A DNA stretch of 64,000 nucleotides, taken from Amphiscolops sp. MND2022 (Eukaryota). Each line of letters starts with the position of its first letter. Within the stretch, counting starts at the first letter, position 1. A model generated the notes under the pieces. The model made no database searches. It saw nothing but the letters and a program-made list of their open reading frames with translations, and was not told where the DNA came from. Position numbers and translations under genes: made by a program. This document shows, one piece after another, positions 47,301-61,972 of this stretch. Location of the stretch: assembly GCA_964187785.1 (NCBI GenBank), contig OZ076409.1:80044001-80108000 (forward strand), in the 5' to 3' direction.

Positions 47301-50300
47301 TCATTTGAGGAACTTTTTTAGTTTTAAGAAATTGCCAATGTCTTTTTTAAAACGCCTATTGACTAACGGCCCACTTTGAGTACGAGTTTTCCACTTATTT
47401 TGAGTACTTTTCACATACAAAACTGTAATTTTTATGAACATTCTACAAGCCTATTTAATAAACTTAGACTTGTAGAATATTACAAAATTTGGTAACTCTG
47501 ATTAAAAATTCACTAATTTGTCCAACAACTGCCAAAAGTTTTCAAAAGAATATTTCGGGGTAATTTTGAGGCTCTCTTCTAACGTGAAACTGCCATTGAC
47601 CTTCAAAAAACGTACTGAATAACGCAATTATTCACTGTTGAACGTTTTCAAATTTCCAACGATGCAAACTTCTCAAAACAATCAGAACTTCGCATAAGAA
47701 ATGTTGAATTTGGCTTCTTTTATTCCTGCCTCTCCAGGGTCATTTTTGAAGTGATTTTGAAGCGGAATACTGCAACTCTCTTCAAAATAGCATACTGCAT
47801 ACCTAGTTTGTTTGTTTTTGAGTGTTTTGAACTTTTTTAGTGACAAAAAGTTTCAACAATTGTACACAAACTTTCGGAAAAACGACAAACTAGAACGGTT
47901 TGGGTTTTAAAATTTTGGGTGTTAAATTGTTGAATATTTCCTATGATAACTTGCATTTAGTTTTTCAAAAAGTTTACTTGACCAAAGTGTTTCGAATTCT
48001 AATTCAATGTTTCAAAAACCAAATTTTCGAAATTTTTTACAGTATTGAACAAAAATTAAAAACGTCAAAAATTCTGAAAGTTTTTGACATTTTGGTTATT
48101 CTAGGGTCACTTTGAGGCTCTTTTTGAACTTAAAACCGCAATATTCTACTTAGAAAACTACAAAAGTTTCTTTCAAAAAGCGTACTGCATAGCTTGATAA
48201 ATCGTCTGGAGTTTTAGGACCATTTAGTCAACAAACAGTTTCACAAATATTTGCTGAAATTGTCTAAAGAAGGAAATTTTTGATGTTTTATACAATTTCC
48301 AAACACAACTCCGCAAATACCTCCCACAAAAACCAACTGGATATCAACTGCATTTGTCGTTGAGACATTCTATTTTTCTAACCCTCGAACGTTTTGTTTA
48401 ACAGACTTTGCACAAAAACCTTTAAAAATCCAGTTCTTTCACTTTCCGATTCACTTGAGTCGTTTTGAAGTATTTTTAATGTGAAACACTGCAATTTTAT
48501 CATGAAACAAGGAAACTACCTACCTGACTCTTTCTCCTTTGATTGATTTGAACCTTCCAACTCAAAAAATTTTTTAAAAAATCATACGAAAAATTGCGTT
48601 GGGAAATCAAAAAGTGTAAAGAGATTTTCTGATTCCATTGGTGTCATTCTGGCAATTTTTCTTTTACAAAACTGCATTTATCTCCCCAAACAACCCTGTT
48701 GAACAACAAATTCAAATGTTGTTGAAAAACTTCAACGTTTTGATTCATGAATTCTCGTGAAACTTTGACGAAGAGTTGCATTAAAACGTGAAAAACCGGT
48801 ACAAGTCGGAACTTTTGTCATTTTTAGTCTCAATTTGAAAGTTTTCATCAGAAAGATGCGTTTAGTTTTTGACAAGAGCCTCCCGGACAACAAATGCTTT
48901 CCTTGATGTTTGTTTTCAATATTCAAGCCACCAAACTAATCGAAAAAAGACAAAAACTGAATGAAAACATTCAAAATCAGACTTTTTTGAGACTTTTGTC
49001 AATTTGGGTCTGAATTTGAGGCAGTTTTTTTGGAACAAATCGCGTTTATCTCATCGCAGAAGCCTCTTGGACAACAAATTTTTTCCTTGTTGAACGTTTT
49101 TGTTTTCCTACGCTAGCAAGTGTATCAAAAATTGGGACAAAAATTGCTTGAAAACTCTAAAAATCTTAATTTTTTGGAATTTTATTCAAATTCAAATTTG
49201 AGGCATTTTTTATTTGAAAAAATTGCGTTTATTTCTTCGACGTAGCCTCCTGGATAACTAGATTTTTGCCTTTTTAAAGTTTTTAACATTCTAAACCACG
49301 AAATCTATCAAAAATTTGACTAAAACTGATAAAAACGTTAAAAATCGTAGTTTTTGCAGTTTTTCCTCTTTTCAGGGTCATTCTGGGGTCTTTGGGGTCA
49401 ACGAAAAAAGTCTAAGATATATCTACAATTTCATACCGCATGATACAAACTTTACGTCAGTTGAATGCTATTGCTGCAGCCCTTTAGCTTGCATATAATT
49501 TTGGTGCCTGGCAAAATTTGTAAAAAAAAATTTTTGATTTAAATATTTTCCTTTTCATATAGAATATGGACGGAAAATAATTTTAAAATGGTCAAACTTT
49601 GGAACTTTTTGATTTTCCGACAACTCTGCGGTAAATTGAGGAACTTTTTTAAAGTTCAAAAAATTGCCGATGTCTTTTTTAAAACGCCTATTCGATAACG
49701 TTCCAGTCGTTCCTGATTTACAAACGTGGTCAAAATGTTTACAAAAAAGTATATCAATATTTCGAAAACGGAAAAAAATGGATTTCCCCTTATTTTGAGT
49801 ATTTTTTACATACAAAATTGTAAATTTATTTTTTGAACATTCTACAAGCCTATTTAAAAACTCAGACTTGTAGAATATAACAAATTTTGGTAACTTTTGT
49901 TAAAAATTCACTAATTTGTCCAACAACTGCCAATAGTTTTCAAAAGAATACTTCGGGGTAATTTTGAGGCTCTTTTCTAACTTGAAATTGCATTTGTTCT
50001 TCAAAAAACGTACTGAATAACGCATTTCTTCACAGTTGAACTTTTTCACTTTTCCGACGATGCAAACTTCTCAAAAATCAGAACTTCGCATAAGGAATGT
50101 TGAATTTGGCTTGGTTTATTCCTGACATTTCAGGGTCATTTTTGAAGTGATTTCGAAGCGAAATACTGCAAATCTTTTCACAATAGCATACCTAGTTTGT
50201 TCGTTTTCGAGTGTTTTGAATTATCTTAGTGACAAAAACTTTCAACAATTGTACACAAACTTTCAGTGATAAAATGTGGAATATTTCCTATGATAACTTG

Positions 50301-53300
50301 CTTTTGTTTTAACGGACAAAACATTCGAATCCTAATTCAATGTTTCAAAACCCAAATTTTCGAAATTTTGCAAAATTTCGAAAAAAAATTGAAAACGTCA
50401 AACTGCACTGTTTTACCTAAAAACTACAAAAGTTTCGTAAAAAGGCGTACTGCATAGCTTGAAAAATCGTCTGGAGTTTTAGAACCATTTAGTGAACAAA
50501 CAGTTTCACATATAATTGCTGAAATTTTCTAAAAAAGGAAACTTTCGATATTTTATACGTTTCCAAACACAAGTCATTAAATACCTCTCACAAATACCAA
50601 CTGGATGTCTACCGCATTTGTTGTTGAGACTTTCAATTTATCTAACCCTCGAAAGTTTCGTTCAGCAGACTTTGCACAAAAACCTTTAAAATTTCAGTTT
50701 GTTTACTTTCCAATTCACTTGTGTCATTTTGAAGTATTTCTGATGTGAAACACTGCAATTTTCTCATGAAAAAAGGAAACTAAATACCTGATTCTTTCTC
50801 CTTTGATTGGTTTGAACCTTCTAACCCACAAAATTAGCAGAAATTGTACTCAAATGACATGAAGAAGCTACATAAACTGGAATTTTTAGGATTTTTCGAC
50901 ATTTGTGTTAAATCAAAGCACATTTTCATCAGGCACTTATTCCACCAAAAAACCTACTGGACAACACATACAGTTGTTGTTGAATAGTTCCAGAGTACTA
51001 TTCTATGAAAACGTCAAAAATTATCATGAAACAAGGAAACTACCTACCTGACTCTTTCTCCTTTGATTGATTTGAACCTTCCAACTCAAAAAATTTTTTA
51101 AAAAATCATACGAAAAATTGCGTTGGAAAATAAAAAAATGTTTAAAGATTTTATGATTCCATTGGGGTCATTCTGGCAATTTTTCTTTTACAAAACAGCA
51201 TTTATCTCCCCAAACAACACTAATGGACAACAAATTCAATTGTTGTTGAATGTTTTCAACGTTCTGATTCATGAATTTTCTTGAAAATTTGACAAAAGTT
51301 GCGTAAAAACGTGAAAATTCGGTACAATTTGGAGTTTTGGTCAATTTTAGTCGCAACTAGAACGTTTTCATCAGAAAACTGCGTTTATTTTTTTAACAAA
51401 CGCCTCTCAGACAGCGAATTCTTTCCTTGTTGAACATTTCCATTATTCTAAGCCACCAAGCTATCCGAAAAACAGACAAATACTGCATGAAAACTTTCAA
51501 AACCAGTATTTTTTGTAATTTTTTTCAAATTCGGTCCCAATTTGTGGCACTTTTTCTTTTTAAAAAATTGCGTATGTTTCTTCGACATAGCCTCCTGGAT
51601 AACTAAATTTTTCCCTTTGGAATTCAACATTCTAAACCACGAAATCTATAAAAATTTTGGCAAAAATGTAATAAAAACGTTAAAAGTCGGAAAATTATGC
51701 AGTTTTTACTGCTTTTGGAGTCATTTTTCTGTCATTCTGGGGTCTTTGCTGTCAACCGAAAAAAGTCCAAAAAACACTACGAATACATACCGCGTGATAC
51801 TAATTTCACGTCATTTGAAATCTATGGGTGAAACCCTTTAGCTTGGATATAAATTTGGTGCTTGGCAAATTTTGAAAAAAAAACCGTTTGATTTAAATAT
51901 TTTCCTTTTCATATGGAATATGGACGGAAAATAATAATTCCTCTGTACTAGTTTCCATTAAAATCACCAACAAAGTCGTCTTTAACAAACCCAAAATTGT
52001 CGATAACTGTAGAAAAACGTGGTCGAAAATTTTTTCTCGTTATGAACCGATTCCAATTGACTTGTGTGGTGCTTTTTCATGCAGGTTCCCCCAATCGACA
52101 GCGAGTCTACCTCTGGTGTCACTCTACAAAACTTGCGAGGTCAAATCAGTTTTTCAAACGTCTCTTTCTCGTACCCAACGCGGTCTTCAGTCAAGGTATT
52201 CATCACAAACAAGTTTAGGTTTTCTTCAGGTCCACAAAATAGTCGAGGAATTGAATTTTTAGGTTTTGAAAGATTTCACATTGAATATAGAACCCAATCA
52301 AACAGTAGCACTGGTTGGGTCGAGTGGTTCTGGAAAGTCAACCATTGTCAATATTCTGCAAAGATTCTACCCCCTCAAAGAAGGAACTGTAAGTTTAGTG
52401 TGTACATTGAGTCTCAGAACAGTGGATAAAAACGAACAATTAGCTTGAACACCAATCACAATTTCAAATCATTTGAACTCAATTTGTACATGTAGCTATA
52501 GTTCAAGGTTCTCTAAGAAAAATAATTTTCATTAGGTGACAATTGACGGCGTCGACATCGAAACTCTCAACGTGAAGTGGCTCCGAGACCAGATCGGAAT
52601 CGTGTCTCAGGAACCAATCTTATTCGGCTGTTCTATCAGAGAGAACATCGAGTACGGCCGAGATGACGTCACTGCCGAGGAGATCGAACGAGCTATTGAC
52701 GAAGCAAATGCTCGGGAATTCATCAGCAAATTGCCTCAAGTAAGTATTTCGAGGGTACTTGAACTCAGTCACATTTTTGAAGCCAACTTAGAGGAAGATG
52801 AGGTTTGGTTTGTTACGTTTTAGGGTCTGGATACTTTGGTGGGAGATCGAGGTTCGCAACTGTCGGGAGGTCAGAAACAGAGGGTGGCTATTGCAAGGGC
52901 CCTGGTCAGAAACCCCAAGATACTCCTATTGGACGAAGCCACCTCTGCACTCGACAGCAACTCAGAACGCATAGTGCAAGAAGCACTTGATAAAGTAAGC
53001 AAATAATTGAAAATTCAAAATGACAATCTCCAAAAATAATTAATCATTTCGCTCAATAGAGCATAATCACACAGTTTTTCTATATACTAATTTACAGAAG
53101 AAATTTTTCTCAAATTAAAAATGTTCTGGTCTTGAAGATGTTGAAAGATTTCATGATAACGTCACAGCAATTAACAGCAATTTTAATTTGCATTTAAAGT
53201 TGAAACTGTCAATTTCTTTCTAAACTACAGATTATTTTCAAATATTGAAATTGGTTTTGACTGAAGGACTCTGGTGTGCTGCAGAAATCTCAATTAAACG

Positions 53301-56300
53301 GCTGTTTCTTTTCGAAATATGTAATTTCTCTCTTAGGCGAGACATGGACGGACGACTATCGTAGTGGCTCACAGACTGTCAACGATCAAAGATTCTGACA
53401 CAATCATAGTCATGAAGAACGGTGTAATGGCTGAAGTGGGAACCCATGATCAACTTCTCAGTCTCAACAAAGTGTATGCAGACATGATATTCCATCAGAG
53501 CCTTTCTGAGAAAGGTGGGGCCCAAAATTCAAAACATATCATTGTTTTCGGTTTCAGATTTGGCATTGAAGAAAAAAGTACAGTCCTACTTGAGAAAATA
53601 TATCTGACTTTGTGAATAACAGAAGAACAAATGAAGAAGGACATCTAGAATTTTATAGAGTTTCTTTTTTTGCAGAAGACTCGGAGTTTCAACAGTTTGA
53701 AAAAGAACATGAAGAACTTTTGGCAACAAATGCGGAAGAAGAAAATAAAGAGAAAACCGAAGAAGCAACACAACCGGAAACAAAGGTAGGGAAAGATATC
53801 AAAAGAACAATATTAAAGCAAACTTTGTGCGGTTATTTCAGTTGATCAATTGATCCTTTTGCTTTTCAGTTGCCAGGGTTTGTAGATATATTGAAGCTCA
53901 ATCTTCCTGAAATCAGTTTTATCTTGGTCGCATGCGTTGCTTCTCTCATTGCCTCATCAGTGATGCCAGTTTTCTCAATCTTTGTGGCTGAAATACTTGA
54001 AGTAAGTGAATTTAGCTTCTTCTAAAATGTTGTGAATCACGATGATTGTAGAGGAAAAATTTTGAGTTCTTTGATAGTTTTATTTAGCAAAAATTGAGAA
54101 TTTTGTTTCGATGTTTTCAGTTAGCAAAAAGTATATTACAAGTTTCAGGGTTTTTCCGGGCACTGTGAAATTGATGGAGATTTCTCTTCGAGCAAATTCG
54201 AAAGAGTCATCTGTTTTTGAATCCTAATCCTTAGACATTTCCTGCCGTTTAACCCAAATGGAAACAAACCTGACCAAAACTTCAAGTTATTCTGAAAAAA
54301 TTCCTGGACAATTTTTATACATGAGCTGAAAATAACTTTGCTTTCGAAATTTTATTTTGCCACTTTTATCAGTATTTCGTGATTCTGATAACTAGTTTTC
54401 TATCGCGCACATCGGGACTCTAACCTAACCCTGTAAATTCAAAACTGAGCCCACAGAATAATTAGTTCATTCTGTCTTGTAGGTGTTCGCTCTACCTGCT
54501 GACGAAATGGAATCAGAGGCTAACTTCTGGGCGCTGATGATGGCTGGCATTGGGATCATCTCTTTCGTATCTGCAATCATCGAGTCGTGGGCTCTCGGCA
54601 TTTCGGGCTCTAGACTAACCGAACGACTTAGGTCTCAATCTTTCAAATCAATGATCAGACAGGTAAGTTCTTGCATACCAGGCTGTTTTATGGATGTTCT
54701 TATTATTGATCCGGGAAAAATTGTTTTTAACTGAATTTTTAAAAGTAAGTTGGATTGATCATGAAAGTTTTCGATGAATACTTCTAATCGAACTGTTGCA
54801 TTTCCGTTAAATCAATTATCAAATTTAATTTAAACACGAAAAATGAGGTTCGCTAATTAACTAAAATTACCCAAAGCTTCAGATTTCAAGAGTATTTCAT
54901 CAAAAAGTTCAGTTCAACCCAAAGTTATCGAACTAGTGAGCTTTGCAGGATGATTTAATTGCAGGATATGTCCTATCACGACGACTTGGCAAACCACTCC
55001 GGAATTTTGACTGCTCGACTAGCCAGAGAAACATCTTTAGTGCAAGGAGCAACTGGGATAAAACTGAAAACGACTCTGGACGCAATAGGCACCATGGCTG
55101 TGGGCATGGGCATTGCATTCTACTTCGGCTGGCAGTTGGCACTGCTTCTCATTCTCGCGAGCCCTCTTACGGCAGTAGCTGGCGCTGTCCAATTAAAATT
55201 CGCGACCGGTTTCCAAGTGAAGGAAGAAAATGACTCCCAAGGAGCGGGAAAGGTAGAAATGTTTTTGTTCCAGGAGCATGTCCAAAACTAGGTCAAATAT
55301 TTTTTTTTGGGTTTTTTGACACAGTGCGATTGTTCTCAATTTTTTCATTCCACCAAAGGGCCCCTTTGATTCTTTAAATAATTTTAGTCAAGAAAAAGTC
55401 TTTTTTTGATCCCAAAGGGTCCCCTGTGGGTTTATTGGCACTTTGCTACTTTTTTCGACAGGAAATATTTGATATGTTTCATCAAAGTTTGCGTTTTTCA
55501 TGTTTCCAATTAAGGACAAGCGTTTTGGAGTTTCAAAGGTCCTCCTCGGGTCCGTTCCCGGCTTGTTTCTAAGGATGTCACAGAAAATAATCATTTTCTA
55601 TAATTTTTATATTTTTACTTGTACGTCTCTTGTAGATATCTACATCCAAAGAATCCGCCTTTACACTATTTCATCCTTTTGGGTTTTCTGGCTCTGTGCT
55701 ACTTTTTTGGAATTTTTTCAAATCTAACTTTTAATATTTTTGATATTTTCAAGATACTAAAAGCGTTTTTCAAGTTTCAAATGTCCCAACTTTGATATAT
55801 TTTTTTAAAGATTTATGAGATATTCTCAATAAAATGACTTGTGCCGTTCCCGTCTTGTTATATCCAAATTTAATGAGTTTTAATCTGGCTTGAGGCCATC
55901 TTGTAAAAACATCATATACTTCGATAACTAAGAGTCCCCCTTCAGGGTTCTTGTGTTCTCGTTTGCAGATAACTTCTGAAGCCATTTCCAACATCCGCAC
56001 AGTTCAAGGCCTTGGGCTGGAAGGAAAGATGTTCAACAAGTTCTACGACAGTCTCGTCGCTGCACACAGGTCAGATGCTGAACAATTTGTGATATCTCCA
56101 TATAAGGTTTTATCCGTTAAGTGTATTGCCTGAAAATTCCACGCAAAATAGACCATACCCCTATTCACATTTATAGTTACTCTGTTGTCCTAATTGCCGC
56201 GGGTCCTAAATAACTTCTCGCGCTGGAAACGAACCAAAGTTTTTTCAAATATCCAAACACCTTACCAATCGAACCAACTGCCGATGTCGCAATGAGTAAG

Positions 56301-59300
56301 CAGAATGAATCGGCAGATCAACCACTTCCTTTGTTTGATTCCCTAATGTACAAATTGTCTAATGTATTCTCTAATGGATTGTCTACTGTATTATCCTGGG
56401 ACCTGGAAAGTTACGGGTATTGAGTTTGCTAACTTAAAGTGTAAGGTTGAGCTTGAATGTTTGGTTAATTTTAATGTTATCAAAAAACGTGAACGTTCAC
56501 GAAGAAAATACAGCACGGATAAGAAGAATGTGAAAAATTTCACTTGGGAAAACAATTAACTAAATTGGTGTAATGCAATAATCAGGCATTAGCAAGTCAT
56601 CTAGCACTTTTTAGAACTATCTCCTGAATGAAATAAAAACTAATAAGATCCAGCCTTAATTGGCTTGTCAATTACAGGAGTAACTTTAAAACGGCCCACG
56701 TCTATGGAATAGCCCAGAGCTTTGCGACCTCTCTGTCTTTCTTCCTCTTTTCTGCAGCCTTCTGGTTCTCCGTCTGGCTCATCAAAAACGACTGGATGGG
56801 ATCCACGGACTCTTTCAGGTCAGTTTCTTTTTTAACATGTTGTTAAGTTCCGGGATTTGTTTTTCATGAACAACTGCCTATCATAATTGCGATTCATCAA
56901 GACGAAGTCTCGTCATTAGAAAAGAGGGCCATTTGGGTTCTACTTGAGACGTTTTTTTGTTAAAATTTGAAAAAAATATAGGATCCAACCCGGATCCCAA
57001 TCCATAAGATTTCTATGCAATTCCATACATGAAGCTCTTCTTTGAAATGCAATATATGGGACCATGACATCCACGTTTTTTATATAATTCTATACATGGA
57101 AGCATTCTATTCCGGACGATTCCATGTATTAAACGGGATGAAATTATTGTATGAAAAATATTGATCCCTGTATGGGTTGTGTGGTTTTCCACGTTGCGTT
57201 CTTTTCATGCAGTTGAAGTGAATATCAAGTAAAACAAAATTATTTTATGCAAACAATAATTTCAACAAGACGCCCACTGAGCAGCGAGATATTTTCCGCC
57301 ACAAACTGTTTTACAACTACATAAATTTGAGGCGCAAGAATAGCCAATGAACTATGAAAACGCCAAGAAGTTCGAATTAAAGAAAGCTTTGATTCATTTT
57401 AGCCCATTTTAAAAGAAAACACCTATTTTATTATTTTCGCGATAGCTGGTTTTTCGGTTTTTCCGCACAATGCGACTTACCGAGTAAAGAGAAAGTTTTC
57501 GATGAAAAATTTCCGAAATAATTTTCAAGATACATTTTTCGAAATTTTTAGCTTTTAAGGTTTTCGGTAAAAAAAAATAGGTTTCTCGAGTCTTGAGGGT
57601 GACCTCTTTGTTACTTTTGATCATGTGGAACTGATGAGTTTTCTTATTGATACTGAAAATTTTTTTTCGGCTCTGTGTGTGTTTCTGAAACTTTCATTTG
57701 TCTCATCAAAAATAAGCCACCTGGACACCTAGTTTAGTTGTTGTTGTTTGATCACACCATTCTAACCAACGCAATAGCTCGAAACAATCTCCTTTGAAAG
57801 GTGTTTCATATCTAGTGATTTTGTTTGGAGCTTATTGAATAATAAATTTTGTACAAATAAAGTCGAAATTTACGTTTTCAAGAAAAATTTTTAAAAGTCG
57901 TGCAAATAAACTTGTCTGATATCTTTTCGAAACTCTAGCGCTAGCTACACGTTTCAATCTTGATCCTATGGTATTTCTGATTGAAGTTAATTTTCGGAAA
58001 GAGCCTAAAAATGAGTCTATGTTCTCGAAAAGTAGGAAAATTCGGAAATTTTGACAGCTTTGTTGTAAACTCGATGAACTTCATCCCACTTTTTTCCCAA
58101 ATTGCAATTTGAATAACATATTGTTTCAACGCTCAGGTCAATGGAAATAATTCTATTCTTCAGAAATTTTGGGGGTTTGAACAAAAATTGGGATTAATTT
58201 GTCAAAAAACGTGCTTTTTTGTTGTTTCATGGATTTTGCGAGTGAGGTCAATTCCAGCGAAAACTGCAGTTATATCTTCGAAATTGCCTACTGGATACCA
58301 GGATTAGTTTTTGCTGAGTTTTTAAAGCAATGTTTCGTTTTGTGCAAGATAGTAGCTCAATAATTGTACAAAAAACTGTCTAAAATTGTAGAGAAAACAT
58401 AAAATTTCTCGGCTTTGCTTTTTTTGGGTCAGTCTCAGGAAACTTTCTTCAATAAAAAAATACCAGTTTTGTTTTCACAAACGTGCTGTGGACCTAGTTT
58501 TATCATTTGGAGCTTTACAAAGCTTTTATCTCACCGAAATTTTCTGATCTCAAATTAAAATTGAATAGAAATGTCAGAAAACGTAAAAAATTTCGAAATT
58601 TCCTAGTGTTTGCTGTCAGTTTTGAGCCATTTTCCCGCCGAAGTCCGAAAATCTTCCATTAAAAGACTACTGGATTATGAGTTCAATTTTTGTTGAACGA
58701 ATGCCATCATTCTGACTTCAAATTGATTCAAAAAGTACACAAATTGAACAAAAACGAAGATTATGAAATTTTTCGACTCTTTTGGAGTCATTCTGAAGTG
58801 TTTTTAAAGCGAAACGCTGCAACGTTCACTTCAAATAAAGTTTTGCATAGCTCGTTTTTTTGCTGTTGAATGTGTTGGAACTAATAACTAAATCTTTCGG
58901 AACTTGTACAGAAGTTGCATCGAAAACGACAAATCTTGAAAAATTTTTGACAAATTTCGAAGTTTTGTCTTTTTCGATGTCAATTCCAGACATTTTGCAT
59001 CTCAAGAACTGCATTTATCTCTTCTCTAAGCATACTGCAAAACCATTTTTGGAAAAGCATTTTTTGCTCGTCCTTCTAATCATTCCAATTCCGAAGTCGG
59101 TCAAAGATTTGAGAAAAATGCATAAAAACTTGGAAAATTGAAAAATTTTGGGCTTTTTGTCACCACCGGTATCATTTTAAGGTCTTTTGCATTTGAAAAA
59201 CTGCAATTGTCTTTTCAATAAAACTACCGGACAACTATTCTTTTCCTTTCTTCATCCTTTTAAAATTTCCGATCCACGAAGTCAGATGAAACTTAACAAA

Positions 59301-61732
59301 AAATGCATATAAATTTTGAAAATTGAGAAAGTTTTTGTTTTTTGTGATTTTCGGAGTCAATTTGAGACATTTTTCATTCAGAAAACTGCAATTATTTTCT
59401 CATAAAATACTACTGGACAACTAATTGTTACCTTGATAAACGTTTTCAACATTCGAAACTACGGAGTCTGTCCAAATTTTGACAGAAATTGCATAAAAAA
59501 CATTGAAAATAGAAAAATTTTGGTTATTTGTCATTGGTGCCAATTTGAGACTTTTTCTCTTGGAAAACTGCAAAAAACTTTCGGAAAAGCCTACTGGACA
59601 ATAAATTCTTTCCTTGTGGGCTCTTTTCAACATTCCATTCCACGAAGTCTGTCGAAAGTTTGACAAAAATTCCATAAAAACTTTGAAAATTGGAAAATTT
59701 TCGGTTTTTTGCCATTTTCGGTGTCAATTTGAGATCTTTTTCATTTGGAAAACAGCTATTAGCCCTTGGGAAAAGCCTACTGAACAACGAATTCGTGCCA
59801 TGTTGAGCATTTTCAACATTTTAATCCCCGAAGTCTATCGAAAGTTTGACAAAAATCGCATTAAAATGTTAAATGTCGGGACATTTTTCTGTCATATTCA
59901 ATGTCAATTTGAGATCTTTTTCATTTGAAAAAAAGCAATTATCTCTACATAGAAGACTATTGGACAACGAGTTTGTGCCTTGTTGAACGTTTTCAACATT
60001 CTAATCCACGATATCTATCGAAAAATTCAAATACATATCGCACGATGCTAAATTTATGTCAGTTGAATTCTTTGGGTAACACCCTTAAAGTTGAATTTAA
60101 TTTTGGTGCTTGGCAAATTTTGTTTAAAAAAACGTTTGATTTAAATATTTTCCTTTCCCATATGAAATATGGGCGGAAAACAATAATTTGTTTAAGAGTG
60201 ATATTTGCTCTGGTCATGGCGGCCATGGTTGTGGGCCAAGCTACAGGCAGAGTGCCAGACTTCGCCAAAGCTCAACTGGCCACCAAATCACTCCTTGACC
60301 TTTTTAATTTAATCCCTAAAATCGACAATTTGGACGAATCCGGATTACAAAGTTGGAACTCTAATGAGGAACAAACTGAAGAAGGGGTAGTGCATATAGA
60401 GTTCAAGGACATTCACTTCCGGTACCCGTCTCGCCCAGACGCCAAGGTCATGAGTGGCTTCAGTCTAAAGGTCATGAAGGGTAAAACTGTGGCTTTTGTG
60501 GGTCCCTCTGGTTGTGGCAAGTCCACCGTCATGCAACTCATACAGAGGTTTTACGATCCGGAACAAGGCTCAGTTGTTAGTTGCTTTTCAGCTTAATAGT
60601 TGTTCAACGAATCGTGACTAAATTTGAGTTCGAACTTGATACAATATTTAAGCAACATCTTTTCGAAAGATATTTCACACTATCAATACTGTTTTCAACC
60701 GGCTTTATCCAGACTGAAGTTCGGTAAAAAAAAATAAATGAAAATATTTGCGCATCGTGTATTCTTTTTCAGTTTTGACGACTTTTTAGATTTAATCATT
60801 TTATGAAAGCTTAATTACCTAATTTGGCAGCATGATTAATTTTTCTTAAATAACTCACGACAGATTTTTTTTTTGGGATAGTCAGTCATTGTTTTCCAGA
60901 AAGCGTTCGTTTCATTGTTTCAGGAAATTGACGGCAGTGATATAAAAACTCTAAACGTTCGCCAACTTCGCCGCCAGATGGCGATAGTTAGCCAGGAACC
61001 TTCTCTATTCGATGACTCAATCTACAACAACATGCGATATGGAGCTCTAACTGATGCTGGAGACTACGACGAAAGCGTACAACACGATGATATACTCAAT
61101 GCAGCCAAGGACGCAAACTTACCAGAATTTGTTCTCACGCAGTTTTCTCAAGGATATGACACCAATGTTGGTGAGAGGGGTACCCAGATATCGGGAGGTC
61201 AGAAACAGAGGATCGCTATTGCCAGAGCCCTTGTGAGAAATCCAAGCATCCTCATTTTAGATGAAGCGACTTCAGCTCTGGACAGCGAAAGCGAAAAGGT
61301 TGGTTTTTTGAAGTGAGAAAAATGTGAAACAGGTTGCTCCAATTATTCTCAATTTAGACGTATCGTTATGATTGAGTTTTGTGTATTCGGTCCCGAATTG
61401 TTCATCACGACTCCATATAAAAGAAGGGTTTCTTTCTGAAGCCTGGAAAAGTTGATACGTTTAACGATCTAACAGTATGTTTAAACTTTGACGTACAAAA
61501 TGGGAAATGAAATTAATTATTCAAGGTAGTGCAACAAGCGTTAGACGTTGCTCGACAAGGTCGCACGTGTCTGATGATAGCCCACAGACTGACCACAGTG
61601 CAGAATGCAGACGAGATAGTGGTGATGGAACACGGGGGACATATAGTCCAAAGAGGCACCCACGAACAACTTTTAAGGAACCCTCAAGGTCTATACTTCA
61701 AACTATGCCAGGCCCAGAGTCTATCTACATGA
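41356..61732 (+). CDS. ABCB1/MDR full transporter (TMD-NBD-TMD-NBD), paralog 2, 21 exons, ~1285 codons; start exon unresolved
   Basis: Phase-consistent GT-AG exons: 41356-41491, 41840-42038, 42391-42494, 44068-44201, 45063-45234, 45676-45800, 46174-46459, 52085-52195, 52263-52388, 52536-52739, 52824-52994, 53337-53514, 53676-53785, 53870-54001, 54483-54662, 54965-55252, 55969-56069, 56678-56818, 60197-60575, 60924-61298, 61526-61732. Motifs: [63 protein letters not shown]. Confidence 0.93.
44489..44982. repeat. CAAGATCTT/CCATGG-rich element with imperfect terminal inverted repeats
   Basis: AAGATCTTG arrays at both ends; termini CCCGGATTTACCCTC versus reverse complement CCCGGGTTGAGCCTC (11/15). 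Confidence 0.55.
46989..51936. mobile_element. Family-2 Helentron-like repeat: one full unit (46989-49580) plus a head-to-tail partial second unit (~49590-51936)
   Basis: The terminus TTTTCATAT(A/G)GAATATGGACGGAAAATAA occurs at ~49580 and ~51933; sequence from ~47260 recurs from ~49592. Confidence 0.7.
57264..60186. mobile_element. Family-2 Helentron-like repeat in ABCB intron
   Basis: AACAAGACGCCC..ATTTTCCGCC start and CCATATGAAATATGGGCGGAAAA end; degenerate internal sub-repeats (CTACTGGACAA, GTCAATTTGAG). Confidence 0.65.
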
Positions 61733-61972
61733 AAATGCATTTAAAAAAATCAAGGTTGATCTAAAAATTGTTCCTTTTTGAACTGATAGTTTGATCGATA
61801 CCCGATGTCCGGGTTGTCGTTTGAACAGATTTTTGTCATATTCCTTGGTTATTTTTATCAGGCTGGCTAAGTACTTGCCTCATGGAATTATAATCAAAAA
61901 ATTCTCAAGTAGTCTGATTAAAACGATATCAGGTACAACATTTTTCAAAAGGAGAATCAAACCCTAATTATC

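Noticed and set aside
53558..53577. Possible micro-exon in the ABCB linker
   Set aside because: Phase incompatible with the flanking exons, which already join in frame.
46500..60190. Many 60-125 aa K/F/N-rich ORFs in the large introns, including the 5' part of 59925-60596
   Set aside because: Chance ORFs in AT-rich repeats; only the listed exons carry ABC motifs.
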